DNA from: the human T2T-CHM13v2.0 reference genome, Homo sapiens
Length of the DNA stretch: 64,000 nucleotides
Assembly: GCF_009914755.1 (NCBI RefSeq)
Contig: NC_060931.1
Strand: one strand, 5' to 3'
Position numbers and translations under genes: made by a program. Below are positions 45,899 through 59,681 of this stretch, piece by piece (the first letter of the stretch is position 1; each line of letters opens with the position of its first letter). Below the pieces are notes generated by a model. The model did no database searches, was not told where the DNA came from, and saw nothing but the letters and a program-made list of their open reading frames with translations.

Positions 45899-46400
45899 CT
45901 GTCCAGCATCCAGTCATTCTTCCTAAGATGACAGCAATGGGATTTTCCTGGGGGAATCACCCATTCTCCATATTCCCAGGAGTGGCCACAACTCGGCCCT
46001 GGCCCTCTGGGCTCTGCATCGCCTCTGGCTACCACAGTTAGTGCAGGGTTGGGCTTGTGGCCTTAGTGGAGCCAAGAAAACATAATTTCTGTGTTTGGAC
46101 AGGATTATAGGGAAGTGGAAATCCCTCCTTTCTGCCGGAGTTGCTGAGAGACCAGCGTGTGAACCTGGCTCTGATGACAGCGGTGTTCACGGAGCAGGGA
46201 TCCGGGAGAGGGAGCAGATAAGCAGGGAGGAGAGATGGCCCTGTCTTCATGACGCCACTGCCCAGGACACTAGCACCGACCTTCCAGTGACTGTCAGTGA
46301 AGCCAACGTTTGTGTCACCTGCCACAATGTGTCTCTACTGTGCATCTTGCTTTGTGTTCCTGGTGCCTGGACTTGGGTCTCGCCTGCTTGCAGCTGCCCG
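45895..46400 (+). mobile_element. Possible old MaLR LTR (MLT1K-like)
   Basis: GTCTGTCCAGCATCCA...GATTTTCCTGGGGGAATCACCC. Confidence 0.4.
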
Positions 46401-48460
46401 CGGGCGCCGAGCCTGATGGTCGTGCTGCTCCTCTGATGCCGACCCTGACTTCTCTCCAAGGCTACCACTTGTGCTCACCCACGGACTGTGTCTAATTCTG
46501 GCTGTGCTGGGCACAAGCTTCGCTGGGTATTGCTGCTGTGTTGCCCAGGGAACTGGGGCAGACAAGGGAAGCTCATAGCTCCTTTAGTCAAGGATTCTCA
46601 TGTTTCCAAGAACCAACAGAGATTTTGTGTAATTTCTTAACTAAATTAGTCACGGGGAGATAAATTCAAACATCAGTTAAAGGCAGCTATATTAAATCAT
46701 TTTTTTCTAACCTACCAGGCCAACCCTTCTCATATTTGATTAGTCTCTCATAATACTGGTCTCTGTATCTCCCATCCCAGGCCCTTGCCTCCTGGCTTGG
46801 GTAAATCTAGGAAAAGTCATCATTGTTGCACTGGGCTGGTGTGAGAATTGCTTTCCCTTGTCTGTGTGCCACAGTCCCACGCAGAAGACCCAGACGCCCC
46901 CAGTAGCTACCAGCTAGAGTGGGGGCTCATCTGCTCATTTCCAGGGCCCCTTACATCTGGCCCCGTTCTCACAGTTGCCTTTTATTAGATCCCTCTCCTG
47001 TATTTTCCCCTCCTTTGCTCTCACAGTCCCATGCACTGGAACATCCTTGCTACAGCTTTCAACTGGCCAAATTTTACCCCAAATCCTCAATGCTTGGTTG
47101 GAATCTTACCACCTTTGTGAAACCATTTCTAGTCAATATGTTCATAAATAGTGCCAACTCAATTCACCATTTATTGAAGACCTACTCCGTGTTTGGCAGA
47201 TGCTGTGACTTGGGAGTAAAAAAATGAACAATGCCAGCAATTAAAAGTTTACATTATGTTGGAGCAATAAGTTATAAAACAAAGGTATTTACAAAATATG
47301 CTCAGAGAAGGGGAGGAAGTCCCTCAGTGTGGGACAGTTGGCAGGCAGAGTGTGCTGGTGTGATCGGGCTCGGGGACTCTGCTCCAGCAGCATAAGGTGA
47401 CCCAGGGCCTGAAGCTGTGGCTCTGGGCAGGGGCTGCCATGGGACTCACAGCCCACCCCAACTTGCCAGGGCCTTCTGTGAACCTCCACATTGCTGTGAA
47501 CTTATTACTTGCTGATTTAATTCCTGGTTACTCTTTGCTCACTCTCTTACACATTCTTCCAGAAAGAGATTTGCTATATGTCTCTCTTAGCCCCAGCATA
47601 GTGATACTTCCCATAAGATAAGTTTTTAATAAGTACCTGTTAGTTGATTGTCTTTTTAATTTACTTTTAAAGTAAGCTTAGGGAGGACAAAATTATGGTG
47701 TATATTTGCAAAAAAAATATCTCTAAGGAGATATAAGATTAATTGGAAGGAAATAAATTTTTTAAATCAAATGTCAGTCCTGAAGAATAACAAATGACAC
47801 ATGAAAGTGATTTTAAGCTGTAGGACTGCCCTGCGGAAGCCAAGCAGACAGGCAGGTGCTGTTTTCCCACTACTACCTCTCACTCACCCCGACCACAGCC
47901 CTTGAAAGCTGGATAACTATATTGGTTTAATTGTTTTTCCTGCAATGAGGCTAGAATGACATAAGCCTCAAAGAAAGAACCCCACAATTGTAGTGCTGAG
48001 CAGGACCTCCCTAATGCTAACTACCAGCAGGAGGACCTGAAAGGAGAAGCAATGGCTTCAGATGGGTGGAGGCAGATACTGGTGGGGCCTGGGATGGAAG
48101 ACCCTACCTTGGGAAGATTTGTGGGAATTCCCCGGAAGCCAGTGGAGTTAACTGGCCAAAGAGAGCCACAGGGTGGGCTGGTTGTATTAAGCCAAACTAC
48201 ACATGGAATTTGAATTTACAGGGTGCAGATTAAAAATTGGCCCAACATGGAATTTTTATCAGTCTGTGTGAGGGAAGTGTCTCTGTGGGTATCACACGGT
48301 GATGTGAATATAACTCACAAGGGTGTGTGCAGCTTGACACTAGATCCATGAAGGAGCCAACATCCCATAGGCAACCCAAATTGCTATATTTTCCTAAAAT
48401 GCCTCTTTTCAACCCAAAGATTCGGTTGGCCTTGAGACACTTTTCTTAAACCAGACGAGA

Positions 48461-48591
48461 AGTCAAGTGCAGAGATGGCTCCGCCTTGCAGTATGTTTTG
48501 TCTGCTCTGCATTCAATGTCTTGATAAGGAGCCAAGTGCAAAGATGGTTCACCTTTACGGTATGTTTTCTCTCCTCTGCACTCAATGTCTT
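48461..48591. repeat. Diverged tandem duplication (62 bp, period 69)
   Basis: 51/62 identical, ungapped. Confidence 0.88.
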
Positions 48592-51028
48592 TGCTTCAAA
48601 GGAAGCTGAGTGTAATTATTAGTAATTTAGGCATTAATACTCTTTTCAGATATTTAAAAGATGTGATTCCCCATGGACTCTATAGGCCTTTGCCATTAGA
48701 CCTGGATAAAGATCCGAGTTTGCTCAGAAGTGGTGATTGCCAAAAACAGAATTATTTTCGTTTCCTGAGCCCACATGTATTTGAGGATAGTTTCAATTTG
48801 AAGTTACTCTAGGCCCAAAAAAGCAATTAAGAGAGAGTTTCTACCCTTGAATTGGCCAAGTGCTATATCTCTTTTAAGAATAAAAATGGAAAGCTATTAT
48901 TTCTACTTCTCAGCTAATTTTAAAAGTGAGGAGATACTGTTTTTGCAGAACGTATTTTCCATAGAGAGTTTAATGTCCACGGGGAGAAAGGACTCAAATG
49001 GAACATGATGGGATCTGCAGGCGTGGCACTGGCCATTTGAACTTGGAAGTGAGGAGCATAAAGCAAGCATGGGTGATGAAATGCAGACTGAGTGTGCAGA
49101 ACTCTGCACTTTCCAAGGGGTCCTTTCTCATCCACAAGTCCAGCTGTACCAGTGGAGTGATAGGTAGGGGGTGTTTCCCAGGAGGGAGCTGTAAAAGCTG
49201 GGCGTGGAGCCTGCCTGCTATAAAGGTAAGGAAGATGGGACTATTCAAAACCCAGCTGTCCATGAAGTAAGATACTCACAGTGATCAGGCCTGTGTTACC
49301 CTCCATGCCTCAAGCTGGCATTGTTGTTTGTACAAAACTGTCCTAGGCCACAATTTGTAAAGGGAAAAGCAAGCTGGCTTTAGTCATGGGCAGTCATGGA
49401 CCCTTGGCCTATCCCTAATCCACCCCTCTTTTGAGCAGATAAGGAAACAAAAGTGCAGAGTTATCTATATCCTCTCTTCAAGAGGGGATAATGTCAAGAC
49501 CCCAACTGAGACCAATGGTTTTAAATCTTTGAAAAGTTTCATGGTCCGTGCCTCTTCTTTTTGGAATTTCTCTGCCAGGCATCCAATGTTCCCAGTGGTT
49601 CACACCACCTGGAAACCTGAAAACTGTTCTGGAGGGACACGGCCTGCTGACCTGTGAGCCGTGAGGCAGCCACACGCCCAACACCCACTGCTGGAAATGG
49701 GAAAAGCAGAGGGACTCAGGGGCCCTCTGTGGGAGACCATGCCTCAGAGCAGTGGGTGTCACAGCTGCCTCAGCTACTGACATTATGGAACAAAAGTTTC
49801 TGTCTATGATTCTACCTTAAGGGCAAAAATAATCTCCTGGCAAGTCCTCAAAAAGGTACATTTCCCTGGAATACCTCAGACTCTGGTTACAGAATAATCT
49901 TGACAATTGGAGAAACGCCACGTTCCATCATTTCAAATCTTGGCTTTCCCTTCTTATGCCCCATCTACAGCCCCAACAAGACTGACGATTTGTTCCTCAG
50001 AAGCAGAGGTTCTCAACTGATTAAAACGCATATGTGGCAACGTTGCTCTCACTAATCTGGGTTAGTGCCTGTGCTCTGAAGTGGCTTTATTTCTGCTCCT
50101 TCTTCTCTCTGTTGCTGGTATTTCACATCCAGAAAATTACACTTGATAATACCTTTCATCTTTAAATTCCAATGTGGATGAACTTTAGGGTGACTTTCAT
50201 CATATTCCTAGGTGGAGAATAAAGGGAATCCACAGTGAAACCACCAGGATGACAAGGATATTCACTGCACGTTACTTCTGAGGCAATTGTCCGCTCTCTG
50301 AAGCCGCCAAAGTCCTGCAGGAAAAATAATTCAAATGATTGTTCTTTACAGTATCCTAAGGCCAACTGTTTTTAGTTGTCATGTTTTCCCCAAGTCAGTT
50401 CTTTGTTTTATAAATAAACATGCAGTTAGGCAGCCGTTTTGGAAGATGACTTCTCAAATAAAGTTATTAAAACATTCTACCAGGAGGTTTCCTGCAAGAT
50501 GCCCTGGGAGCCAGTTGTGGTGAGCATGCGGGATGGGGCATCTCTGTCTGTAGCTGCCACGTGGCTCCCGACTCTGCCCTGTAGCTCTTTCCTATAAGGA
50601 AGAGCAGCTGGCAACCTGGTTACATTTTGGAACTGAAGATAGCGGCTCAAGGACTTAGTCATACCTCCCAAATATAATCAGTCTGAATCAATCTCCAAGA
50701 CTATAAAATATGCTTCACTAAGTGGCCAATTCTATTATTGAATTGAAAGCTCACCAACTTTAGGCTGCCAGCTATTCAGGTTTAAGATACAGAATACTAA
50801 CATAAATACAAATTCACACATTCAAAGAACCTACCAGATAAGCATAAGAAAATGTGAAAGTCTACTAACAGGGTGAAGGCTTCCTGGATCAAATGGACTT
50901 GGGTCTTGATAAGACTAGATGTCATTTGAATAAAGAAGCTTCCATTTTGGGGATGCCTATAGATTGCTGGCTTCTGCATGGTTGGCAGAGGGGCTGGAGC
51001 TGGATGCACTACAGAGGATTGCATTTCC

Positions 51029-51260
51029 GTTATCAAGAGATGCAGTGCCCATTATCAGTATATTATTGAGATGCAGTGCCCATTATCAGTATATTATCAA
51101 GAGATGCAGTGCCCGTTATCAGTATATTATCAAGAGGTGCAGTGCCCGTTATCAGTATATTATCAAGAGATGCAGTGCCCGTTATCAGTATATTATCAAG
51201 AGGTGCAGTGCCCGTTATCAGTATATTATCAAGAGGTGCAGTGCCCCTTATCAGTATATT
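51029..51260. repeat. Minisatellite, 33-bp unit, ~7 copies
   Basis: TATCAAGAGATGCAGTGCCCGTTATCAGTATAT. Confidence 0.96.
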
Positions 51261-51729
51261 GCCTTTATGCTCCAAGTTCACTTTTCTTGGCTTTGTTTTG
51301 CGATGCTGAAGTGGGACAGTGTAAACGTCTGTTTTGCCAGCTGGTGACGTGAGGATTTGTCAATATGGTGCTAGAGGGACTGCAGGCACCATAGCAAGAG
51401 GAAGGGGCTTCACATCTGACGTTCTTTCAGTGTGGCTTCCAGTGGGTGGCTGGGCAGAGGCATGGCTGTGCTCGCTTCTGACTCGCCATGGTCTGTGCCC
51501 CCAGCAAGTGTCCTCACTGCCTGGAGAAGCCACACCCTCCCGGAGGGATCTGTATCTCAGCCTTGTGGTGGGAGGTTCTCTTTTAAGCTAATAGTTTCTG
51601 CCTTTTTCATTCCCCTTCAGGCTTTCTATATTTGCTACTTGTATACCAATTTAGTAGTCCCTAACTACTAGACATTTTAGTAGTTACGCACCTTTTACTA
51701 GGTAAGTGCTCTTTGTTTTAAAATGTCCA

Positions 51730-53795
51730 CCTGCAGATTAAACAGCATGGTGGAGTAAGGACCTCAAAAATACGTTCTTCCACGAAGGCAGTATGAATAC
51801 TGGAAAAATTGTAAGAATAAACCTTTTCAAGACTCTAGAAATTAACCACTCTTGCAACAACCCAAAGAAATTGTATTCAAGAAAAATGCTGAATCTTCCT
51901 AAGAGCTTTGTGGCATTTTAACTTTTCCTACTGCAACACTCTTCCATCAGCTCTGCAGTAGCCTTGAAAACTGGCAGCCACACAATCATGATTGCTGTGG
52001 AAATTAGCAGCCTCCCAGCCACTAGAAGGGGTAGCATCGGTCTGAGCTCCCCAGCTCCTGTCCTCAGGTACTCTGGGATTGGACATGGGATATGTAAACT
52101 AAAAAGTGTCTGAGGCAGATGTCAGTAGTTTTGAAGGTTTATTTTGCCAAAGTTGGGGAAATGCCTGGGAAAAAGGAAAACAAGTTACAGTAGGATCTGT
52201 GGCCTGTGCTTTTTCCAAAGAGAGTTTTGAGGACTTCAGTATTTATGGGTGAAAGAGTGGTTGGGAGGGAAAGGAATTAAGAAGAAAAGAGCAGGAGTTA
52301 GGTTGTGAGGCAAGCAGTTGCATTCTTGTGAGGCCCTGATTAGTGCCTGCTGAATCCACATTTGACACGTGGAAAGAGAGGAGTGGGGAAAAAGTCAACT
52401 ATGCATTCATCTCATGGTCCATAGGTCTACATTTTGCATAAGATGAAGTAAGTATAGTGTAAGGAAGAGGTCAAATATGCATTTACCTCAGGGTGGGTGG
52501 AGGAATAATTTCTAGTCTTGTCTTTGTCCCACACCTGTGAGACAAGCTGTTAATTTACATTGTCAGGGTGAGATTCAACACAACTCTGTTTTACGGTTCA
52601 TTTATAGGGGGAATATATATTATCAAAGATTTGAGGGCCTACAAGGAATTTCCTTGTGAGCAATTTGTGATGGAGGCCACCTGGGGAGCTATGCAGCCTT
52701 CGATGTTGCAGCCATCTGTTTGAGAACAAAAGGAAAGCAGTTTCCTTTTTTACATGACTCAGTACCCATGCTCAATGTTCCCTTTGGCATAGTGAGTTTG
52801 GGGTCCCAAGATTTTACTTTCCTTTCACAGACATGTCTGGAAGTTCCCTGGAAACCTCCACTCAAGGGCTTGTCTTTACTTGACCTGACTCAGAGCTTAG
52901 TCAGTGTGGACAGCTTTTCCCCTGTGGCATTTATTGAAAAAAAAAAAAATCAGTGACAGACAGATGCCTGAGGCAACACTAGCATTAGGAGCAAAGAAAC
53001 AAAAAGGCTGACAAGAAAAAAAAGGACAATCTGAGGACTGAAGACTGAGATGCCCAGAAGGGGCTTTGAAAAGTTCCAAGCTAATCCCCAGAATAGAGTC
53101 CTGTACAGGTGCAGGGTTGCACAGGCCTACGAGAGTGCTGCAGGGGTCCAAGTCTTTTACCTCGTGATTGCCTCAGGCAGGAAGCGATGCAGAAGACAGG
53201 GATGTAAACAGCCTGACAGGTGGGTAAGGAAATATCACCCCCACCGAACAGAGCCCCACGGCAGCGGCGGGAAGACTCAACACATTTAAGGATATCTATG
53301 TTCAGTGATTAGCTGACCTCCAAACCAACTGAGACTCCAGTGGCCACTTAACAACAGAGATCACAGTCTCCACAGAATTAGCCCAGGAAGTCACAAAACA
53401 AATAGCAAACAGACAGAACAGCCTCTGTGAAGAAGGGAGTGTTCTGATTTCCAGAGTTGCTACATTATATTATTTAAAATGCTTAGTTTTCAACAAAACT
53501 TAAGAGACTTCCAAATAAAAAGAAAATTTGGCCCAAAGCAGGAAAACACAGTCAATGGAAACTTTCTCTGAGGAAAGAAATATTGGATTTAGTGGAGAAA
53601 GGCATTAAATCAGCTATTATAAATATGCCCAAGAACTAAGGTAAACCAGGTGTGAAGAACTAAAGAAAAGTACATGAATTATGTCTCATCAAATAGAGAA
53701 TATTAATAAACACATAGAAATTGTAAAATAGAGCCAAAGAAAACTTTTGAAATTGAAAAATAGAATGATAGAAATAAAAAATTCAGTATATTAGC
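51730..53795 (+). mobile_element. Old L1M (L1MC/MD-type) 5' region and ORF1 start, interrupted by LTRs
   Basis: GACTCTAGAAATTAACCA...ATTCAAGAAAAATGCTGAATCT...GAGCTTTGTGGCATTTTAACTT; TCTGATTTCCAGAGTTGCTACATTATATTATTTAAAATG. Confidence 0.72.
52093..52829 (-). mobile_element. MER4-family solo LTR
   Basis: TG..CA termini; TSD GATA/GACA; same terminal motifs as the other two. Confidence 0.87.
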
Positions 53796-54311
53796 TGTTG
53801 ACCTGAAGGAAGAAGCTGAAGCAAAATTAATATAGAGAGTTAACTTGGGCCACGTTTGAGGACAGCTGCCTGGGACACACTTCCAAGTTGCCTTGGGGAG
53901 TACTTCATTCAGTCTTTGTTACAAGCAGATTTTTAAAGACAAAAAGGGGGACAAGTGGTGGGCTGATACAGTTTTTGTCAGGAATTCTTATTGGTTTACA
54001 GAAATAACATTGATTAGTGATTGGCTATACATTGTTGAGCTATAGGATGTGGGTTATGGTGTCTGGCATGTGGCATAGTTAGGTTAATTTATATTTATAT
54101 GTGGCAATACAAGCAGTTTAAAGAGACGATTACATAGCTCAAGGGTTGGGGGGAGTAGGACGTGACTGCTGTCTCATTTTAATGCCTCTTCAGGCCTAGT
54201 AGTTTAAGAGGGCTCCCATTCCTCAGATAAAAGGCATATTTCTACACATATACACACATATAAATATATACACACACATATATACACATACTTTCCACAC
54301 ACACATTCTCA
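53796..54311 (-). mobile_element. MER4-group ERV1 3' LTR (MER65-like) containing a (CA/TA)n tract at ~54245-54305
   Basis: TG..CA ends; on the minus strand preceded by polypurine tract AAAAGAGGGAAAA. Confidence 0.75.
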
Positions 54312-57300
54312 TTTTCCCTCTTTGATCAAAAACCTTTCTTCTTGAAAGCATCGATGATCAAAGTCTGAGTGTCAAGATGTCCTTGTTTATGGGAAGACTT
54401 ATTCCCAAATAGCCTTGTCAACATTGAGAAGAAAGAGAATACATCTCGGTGAGGGATTTTAAGAGCACCCAAAAGCCAAATTGGGATGGCATCACAGAGT
54501 GGCCAAAAAAAATCAGACCTCAACCAAGTCATTGATCTATGTAGCTGCTGGCACTTGTTGAATCATCCATAGTATTTGAAATACTATGATTTTAGTTTTC
54601 TTAGAAGTACACATAAGAATTATAGTGAAAAAGAGAATTTAAACAAGCCTATTGTACAACCATGGCCTTTGTAGTGGAATCTGCCAGAACCTATTATGAG
54701 GGATAAATTTCTAATTATTACCTCATTTACTTTAAATCATGATAAAGGAGACTTAAAAATGATGCCCACCCAGAAAGAGGAAGGCCTCCTGGCAGTGCTC
54801 TTTTTGACATCTGATGTAGATTAAGAGGAGTGGGCCAATGTTCTGATTCTGTCTGACTAGAGCAACAAAAGTACCATTAAAATTCCTAGCCTGCATTAGC
54901 CCTTCATCTTCCATCCATCGAGGCATAAGTTTGCCCATGTATAAGGCTGGCCGTTAAATCCACCACAAATAAAAGTATACCCTGTGGATGCACACAAGAC
55001 CCCTTTCCAAGTTCTATTGTTCACAGAGGCATAAGGAAAAGAAAGAGGGGTACGTTTCCTGATGGCTGAGGAGTCTAGATCCATGAATTTGGGAAAGCTA
55101 TCCACATCTAGAATGTGTCTACTTTGGGGGAGAAACTTCTTTGGTTATCTTTACCATAAAATCAACAATGGGTGTACTGTTCAAGAGTCTGGAGGGGACC
55201 TTCTGAGTTGTAAGATTACAGACCCAAGGTTTGACACCCCAGTGCTTTCGCTGCAGTGTGGATGGCAAGTACAGTCTTTCTCTGATGTCACTATTTGAAG
55301 ACCCAATCTCCAGGCTCTAGATCATGAGGATTTGATTGTTCTCCATCAGTGGACCGTAGAAAGCTTCCTTCACCTGGTGAAAATATACTTTGGCATAATG
55401 CATGACAGTTTAACTGCATTTAGACAAGTCAGAGTTTAGGAGCAAAAAATATGAGATTTATTATTAGGGGCACAGGCCTTCCAGTGACTACTTCATAAAG
55501 GGTCAACTTGTGTTCTCCACTAGAAGCGGACCTGATTGTCATCAATCTGTAATACCTTTAACCAAGGCAATCCAGTTGATTCAGTTAGCTTTGCCTGATA
55601 CTATTGCATCTGTAATACCTTACCTAACCATTTTACAACTCACCCATTGAAACAAGTACTTCTATCATTAAATATTTATCCAGGAATGTCCCATGAAGGA
55701 AACACATTTACTAGTGTGTGTAGCTTTTCGCTACTGAAGTATCAGACTTCTTTCATGCAAAGGTTTCTATACAACCAGTAAACATGCACTGAAAATAGCA
55801 ATTAAATGGAATCCCTCTATAAATGTTTAAATGGCATATCAGGTACCAAAATTTACCTAAATTTTTTATTGTCTTCTCAGGATTATGGATTTGACAAACC
55901 AAACATCGGTTATAAACCATTTTAGGAATTTAGAAGTCACCACATTAATATATACATATATTTTCTATTTAGATCCTTTTATCTCTTCTATGACAAGTCA
56001 TGGAGTACAGAGCTTTTAATAATAAAACCTTTAAGGACTCAGGAAGAACCAGGAGGCCACCCAGGTTCTCCATGAGCCCATGCTAAATATTGGATTTATA
56101 TTGTCTTAAGTACTAATTTTGTTACTCCAATGCAAATGCATAGTACTGTTTATTACTTGGGTTATCATAGGTAATTTGATTTGGAACATAAAGTATATTC
56201 AAATTGCATATCTTAACAATATCAGTACTGACTGATTTAGCATGAAAATTTGGCAAAGTATTTTCTTGGAATTCAATTAATTATTGTCCTGCTTGGGTTA
56301 ATAGTTTTATAAACCAGTTAGTTTCTTTATTAGAGTTCTGGGAATTCTTACCCAGTCCAAATAACATTACTTTAAAGTTACCAGAAACTGGTGTTCAAGA
56401 GTGCTTATCTTTTCCATCTTTTTTGTGAACTTCCTTGAAGACTCAACACTTTAGGGTTATAATTGCTTAAAAAGTTTTCAGAAAAATACATGAGAATTGA
56501 GTAACTGTGGACAAGACTTATTATGGTCATGGTTAAAGGCATAATTGACAATAAACTTTGGTTATTTCTGTGGCCTACAATAATTTAACATAACAACCAT
56601 AATTATAATTGATAACATATACTAAGACATCAGAAATTTAGGAATCTCATACAATTCTGGAATGCATTAACAACACATTTATACAAATACAACTCAAAGA
56701 AAGTTAAACACCACTTATTTGACAATATTTTCTGTATAATTTTAACATATAAAGTAAGTCTAATATGTCTCTCTTGGATTTCCAGGGCTCTAATGTTCAA
56801 AATGTAAGTTTGAAGTCAAAAAGACTGAATTTAGAAATTTGATTTTGAAGTTTGTCAAATATCAAAGGTTTAAAACATCTGATATTAAAATAAGGAAGAC
56901 TTACAATACTTGACCAAAGTGAGATCATAAGTCGCTGTAAAATAATAGTCATTCATTTAGTCAAAGTGATAATTCAAAAAATTTAAAAAGCCAAAACTTT
57001 TACTCTTTGAGAGAGAGGAGATTCAGTTTTCCAAACAATCAAAAGACCTAATAAAGTCAATCTCTCCTTCCCCCCCTCTTTAAAGTTTACTCAAAAGGTG
57101 AGTAAAAATCTTTTCCTACATGAAAATCTCGTTCAAAAGAGAAAACCAGATTTTACCATTGCATCAGTGTATTATTAATACTAAAACTAATTTTAATAAA
57201 ACCTTATAAACAAATCAACCCAACCCCTGTCAGTTTTTGAATACATAAGATTTTCATAAACCTTTTATAACCTCTTAAAAGTTTTTTCCCAAACTTTCTA

Positions 57301-57915
57301 TATTTATTTAGTTTTATCTATATCATTTCCCCTTCAATTTGAAACATTTACATAACTTCTAAACTAGATAAAATTATTTTTTCTCAATAAACACCACATT
57401 CTCATGCCTTTCTTTGAATCTTCCTTACCAAAAACACACCCAATTTTCCTTGTACACTTTGCATACAAAAGGATTTCTCTTTTATATAGTAGTTTTAATT
57501 ACATACATTAATTATAATGTTAATGTTGGTAACCCTTATTTTTAGGATGTTGCTAATTTTAATTGTTATGTACCAGACGCAGATCCTGGGAAAGAGACAG
57601 GGCTGTGAATTCCTGGAGGGTCTGACCCCTCCAGCATGGCCAGTAGGCACAGTTAGGGCAGGGAGGATGGGGCCAGGCATCATGGCCACACTTAGGTTCC
57701 CAGTCCTCACTATGGCCATTTGTCCAGACCCCAGAATCTAAAGGCTCAAACCAAAGACACGAACTCTCAGTACAATGTGTGCAATGCATTGCAGAAGCCC
57801 CACAGCCAGACCTTAGAGCTTTAGCTTACAGACAAATCGGTATTTTTGCTTCTTTAAAAATACTACAGAAGCAACAGTTTTATGACCTCAAAACATCTAT
57901 CAAAGACAGTATAAA
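54312..57915 (-). mobile_element. MER4-group ERV1 internal region, 5' truncated, with env and integrase relics
   Basis: env-like LCASTGYTFICGG...WANLCL (54896-55105); integrase-like MFTGCIETF...NVFPSWDIPG..NDRSTCF (~55640-55790). Confidence 0.82.
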
Positions 57916-58655
57916 ATAAAATAAAGCATAACACACCAGAACTTATGGAATGTAGCTAATGCAGTGCTTAGATGGAAATTTATAACTGTTAAACATCTAT
58001 GTTAAAAATGAAGAAAGGTCAAGTGAATAAGCCCACATTTGACATTAAGAAATTATAAAAAAGAAGTGCAGAAAACAGAATAATTAATATAAGAGCAAAA
58101 ATAAATAGAGAATAGAATAGCAATAGAGAAGATAAATGAAACCAACAGTTGGTTCTTTGAAATGATCAAGAAAATTGACACAGTTTTAGTAAGACTGAAG
58201 AGGAGAAAAAGAAAGAAGACTCAAATTATTAAAATCAAGAATGAAATAGGATACATTACTACTAACTTTACAGAAATAAAAAAGGATTATAAAGTAAGAC
58301 TAAAATCAATTGTATGCCAACAAATTTGATAACTTAGATGAAATGGAAAAGTACTTTTTGGAAAAAAAACACAAACTACCAAAAGTGACTTAAGAAGAAA
58401 TAGAAAAATCTGCATTAACCTATAATCAGAAATTGAGTTAGTAATCAAAGCATTTCCCACAAAGAAAAGTACAAGCCCAGATGGCTTTGCTGATAAATTC
58501 TTCCAAACATTCAAAGAGGAATTAATATTAATCCTTTACACAGTCTTCCAGAAAACAGAAGAGGAAGGAAAACTTTCTAACTCTTTCTATGAGGCAGTAT
58601 TATCCCAATACTAAAACCAGAAAAAGACATCATAAGAAAACTGTAGACCAAAGTA
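57916..58655 (+). mobile_element. Old L1 ORF2 fragment
   Basis: AACTTATGGAATGTAGCTAATGCAGTGCTTAGATGGAAATTTATA; TATGCCAACAAATTTGATAACTTAGATGAAATGGA. Confidence 0.88.
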
Positions 58656-58722
58656 TATATTAAAAGCATATATTAAGTGCATTCTATGTGGCAGGTATTT
58701 GGACAAAATAGGGACTAAGACA

Positions 58723-58874
58723 AGCCGGGTGCTGTGGCTCATGCCTATGGTCTCAGCTACGTGGAAGGCTGAAGTGGGAGGATTACTCGAACCTAGGAGT
58801 TCAAGACCAGCCTGGGCAACATAGTGAGGCCCTAGATCTAAAACAAACAAATGAACAAACAAAAACAAACAAAA
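58723..58874 (+). mobile_element. Alu monomer (FLAM-type)
   Basis: Single monomer, A/C tail, TSD AGGGA(C/T)TAAGACA. Confidence 0.88.
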
Positions 58875-59004
58875 TTTTAAGGGATTAAGACAAGTAAAGT
58901 TCCTGCTTGGTCTAGTCCAAGATACAGAAAAGTGATTATGTTCTTTTCATCAAAGCATGCAGGATGCTAGTATATTTTCGTTCTCCCAGACAATGACTGA
59001 TACA

Positions 59005-59385
59005 AATTTAAGAGCATGATGGTCACATTCGGTCAGACCAATGGTGCATCTAGCCCAGCATCTTGTCTACATCAGTTTCCCCAAAGACACACTATGGACA
59101 GTCAGATACTCTTCTTATAATAGTTTTGAAGGCTAGATTTGTTGATGAAACATTCTAGATTCCCGTACTATTCTGCTGGGAATCTGTCATTCATATGTGT
59201 ATTCTAATTTTCTGAGTCTGTGTATACAGTTAACATGTGGTTTCTCTTGATGTAATTTATTTGATAGGTTAACAGTCCTCAGGTCTTTATGTCCCCTGAA
59301 TTTACCTCTTTCCAACTTCAAGGCATGAGTGGACAATGAGTGGAGAAATAAAATAAAAGAGTCCACTCACCTCTTCCAACCCTCT
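59005..59385 (-). mobile_element. Ancient CR1/L3-family LINE 3' end
   Basis: GGTCAGACCAATGGTGCATCTAGCCCAGCATCTTGTCT resembles the antisense CR1 3' terminal motif. Confidence 0.55.
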
Positions 59386-59508
59386 GTCCAGGTTGCTGAG
59401 CTGTGGGGGTTTTCTCCAGAAAGCAGCTCAGGCTGGCCTCTGTCTGCAGCTGCGTCCTCGGTGTGGCTTGTCCACCTTTCTCAGTTTTCCCACCTACTCT
59501 CTACACAG

Positions 59509-59681
59509 CAGAGGTTTTCAAAGAGTGGTTCCCAGCCCAGTAGCATCAGCATCCCTTGGGACCTTGCCCAAGTTCTCCACCCTGACCTACTGAATCAGAA
59601 ACTTGGGATACTTTCTCAGCCGCCTGCATTTTAACTGGCCTTCCAGGGGGTCTGATCCTCTCTCCAGCTTGAGAGCCACTA
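59509..59681. mobile_element. MER5A-like hAT-Charlie element
   Basis: CAGTAGCATCAGCATCCCTTGGGA...GACCTACTGAATCAGAAACT...TTGAGAGCCACT. Confidence 0.82.
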
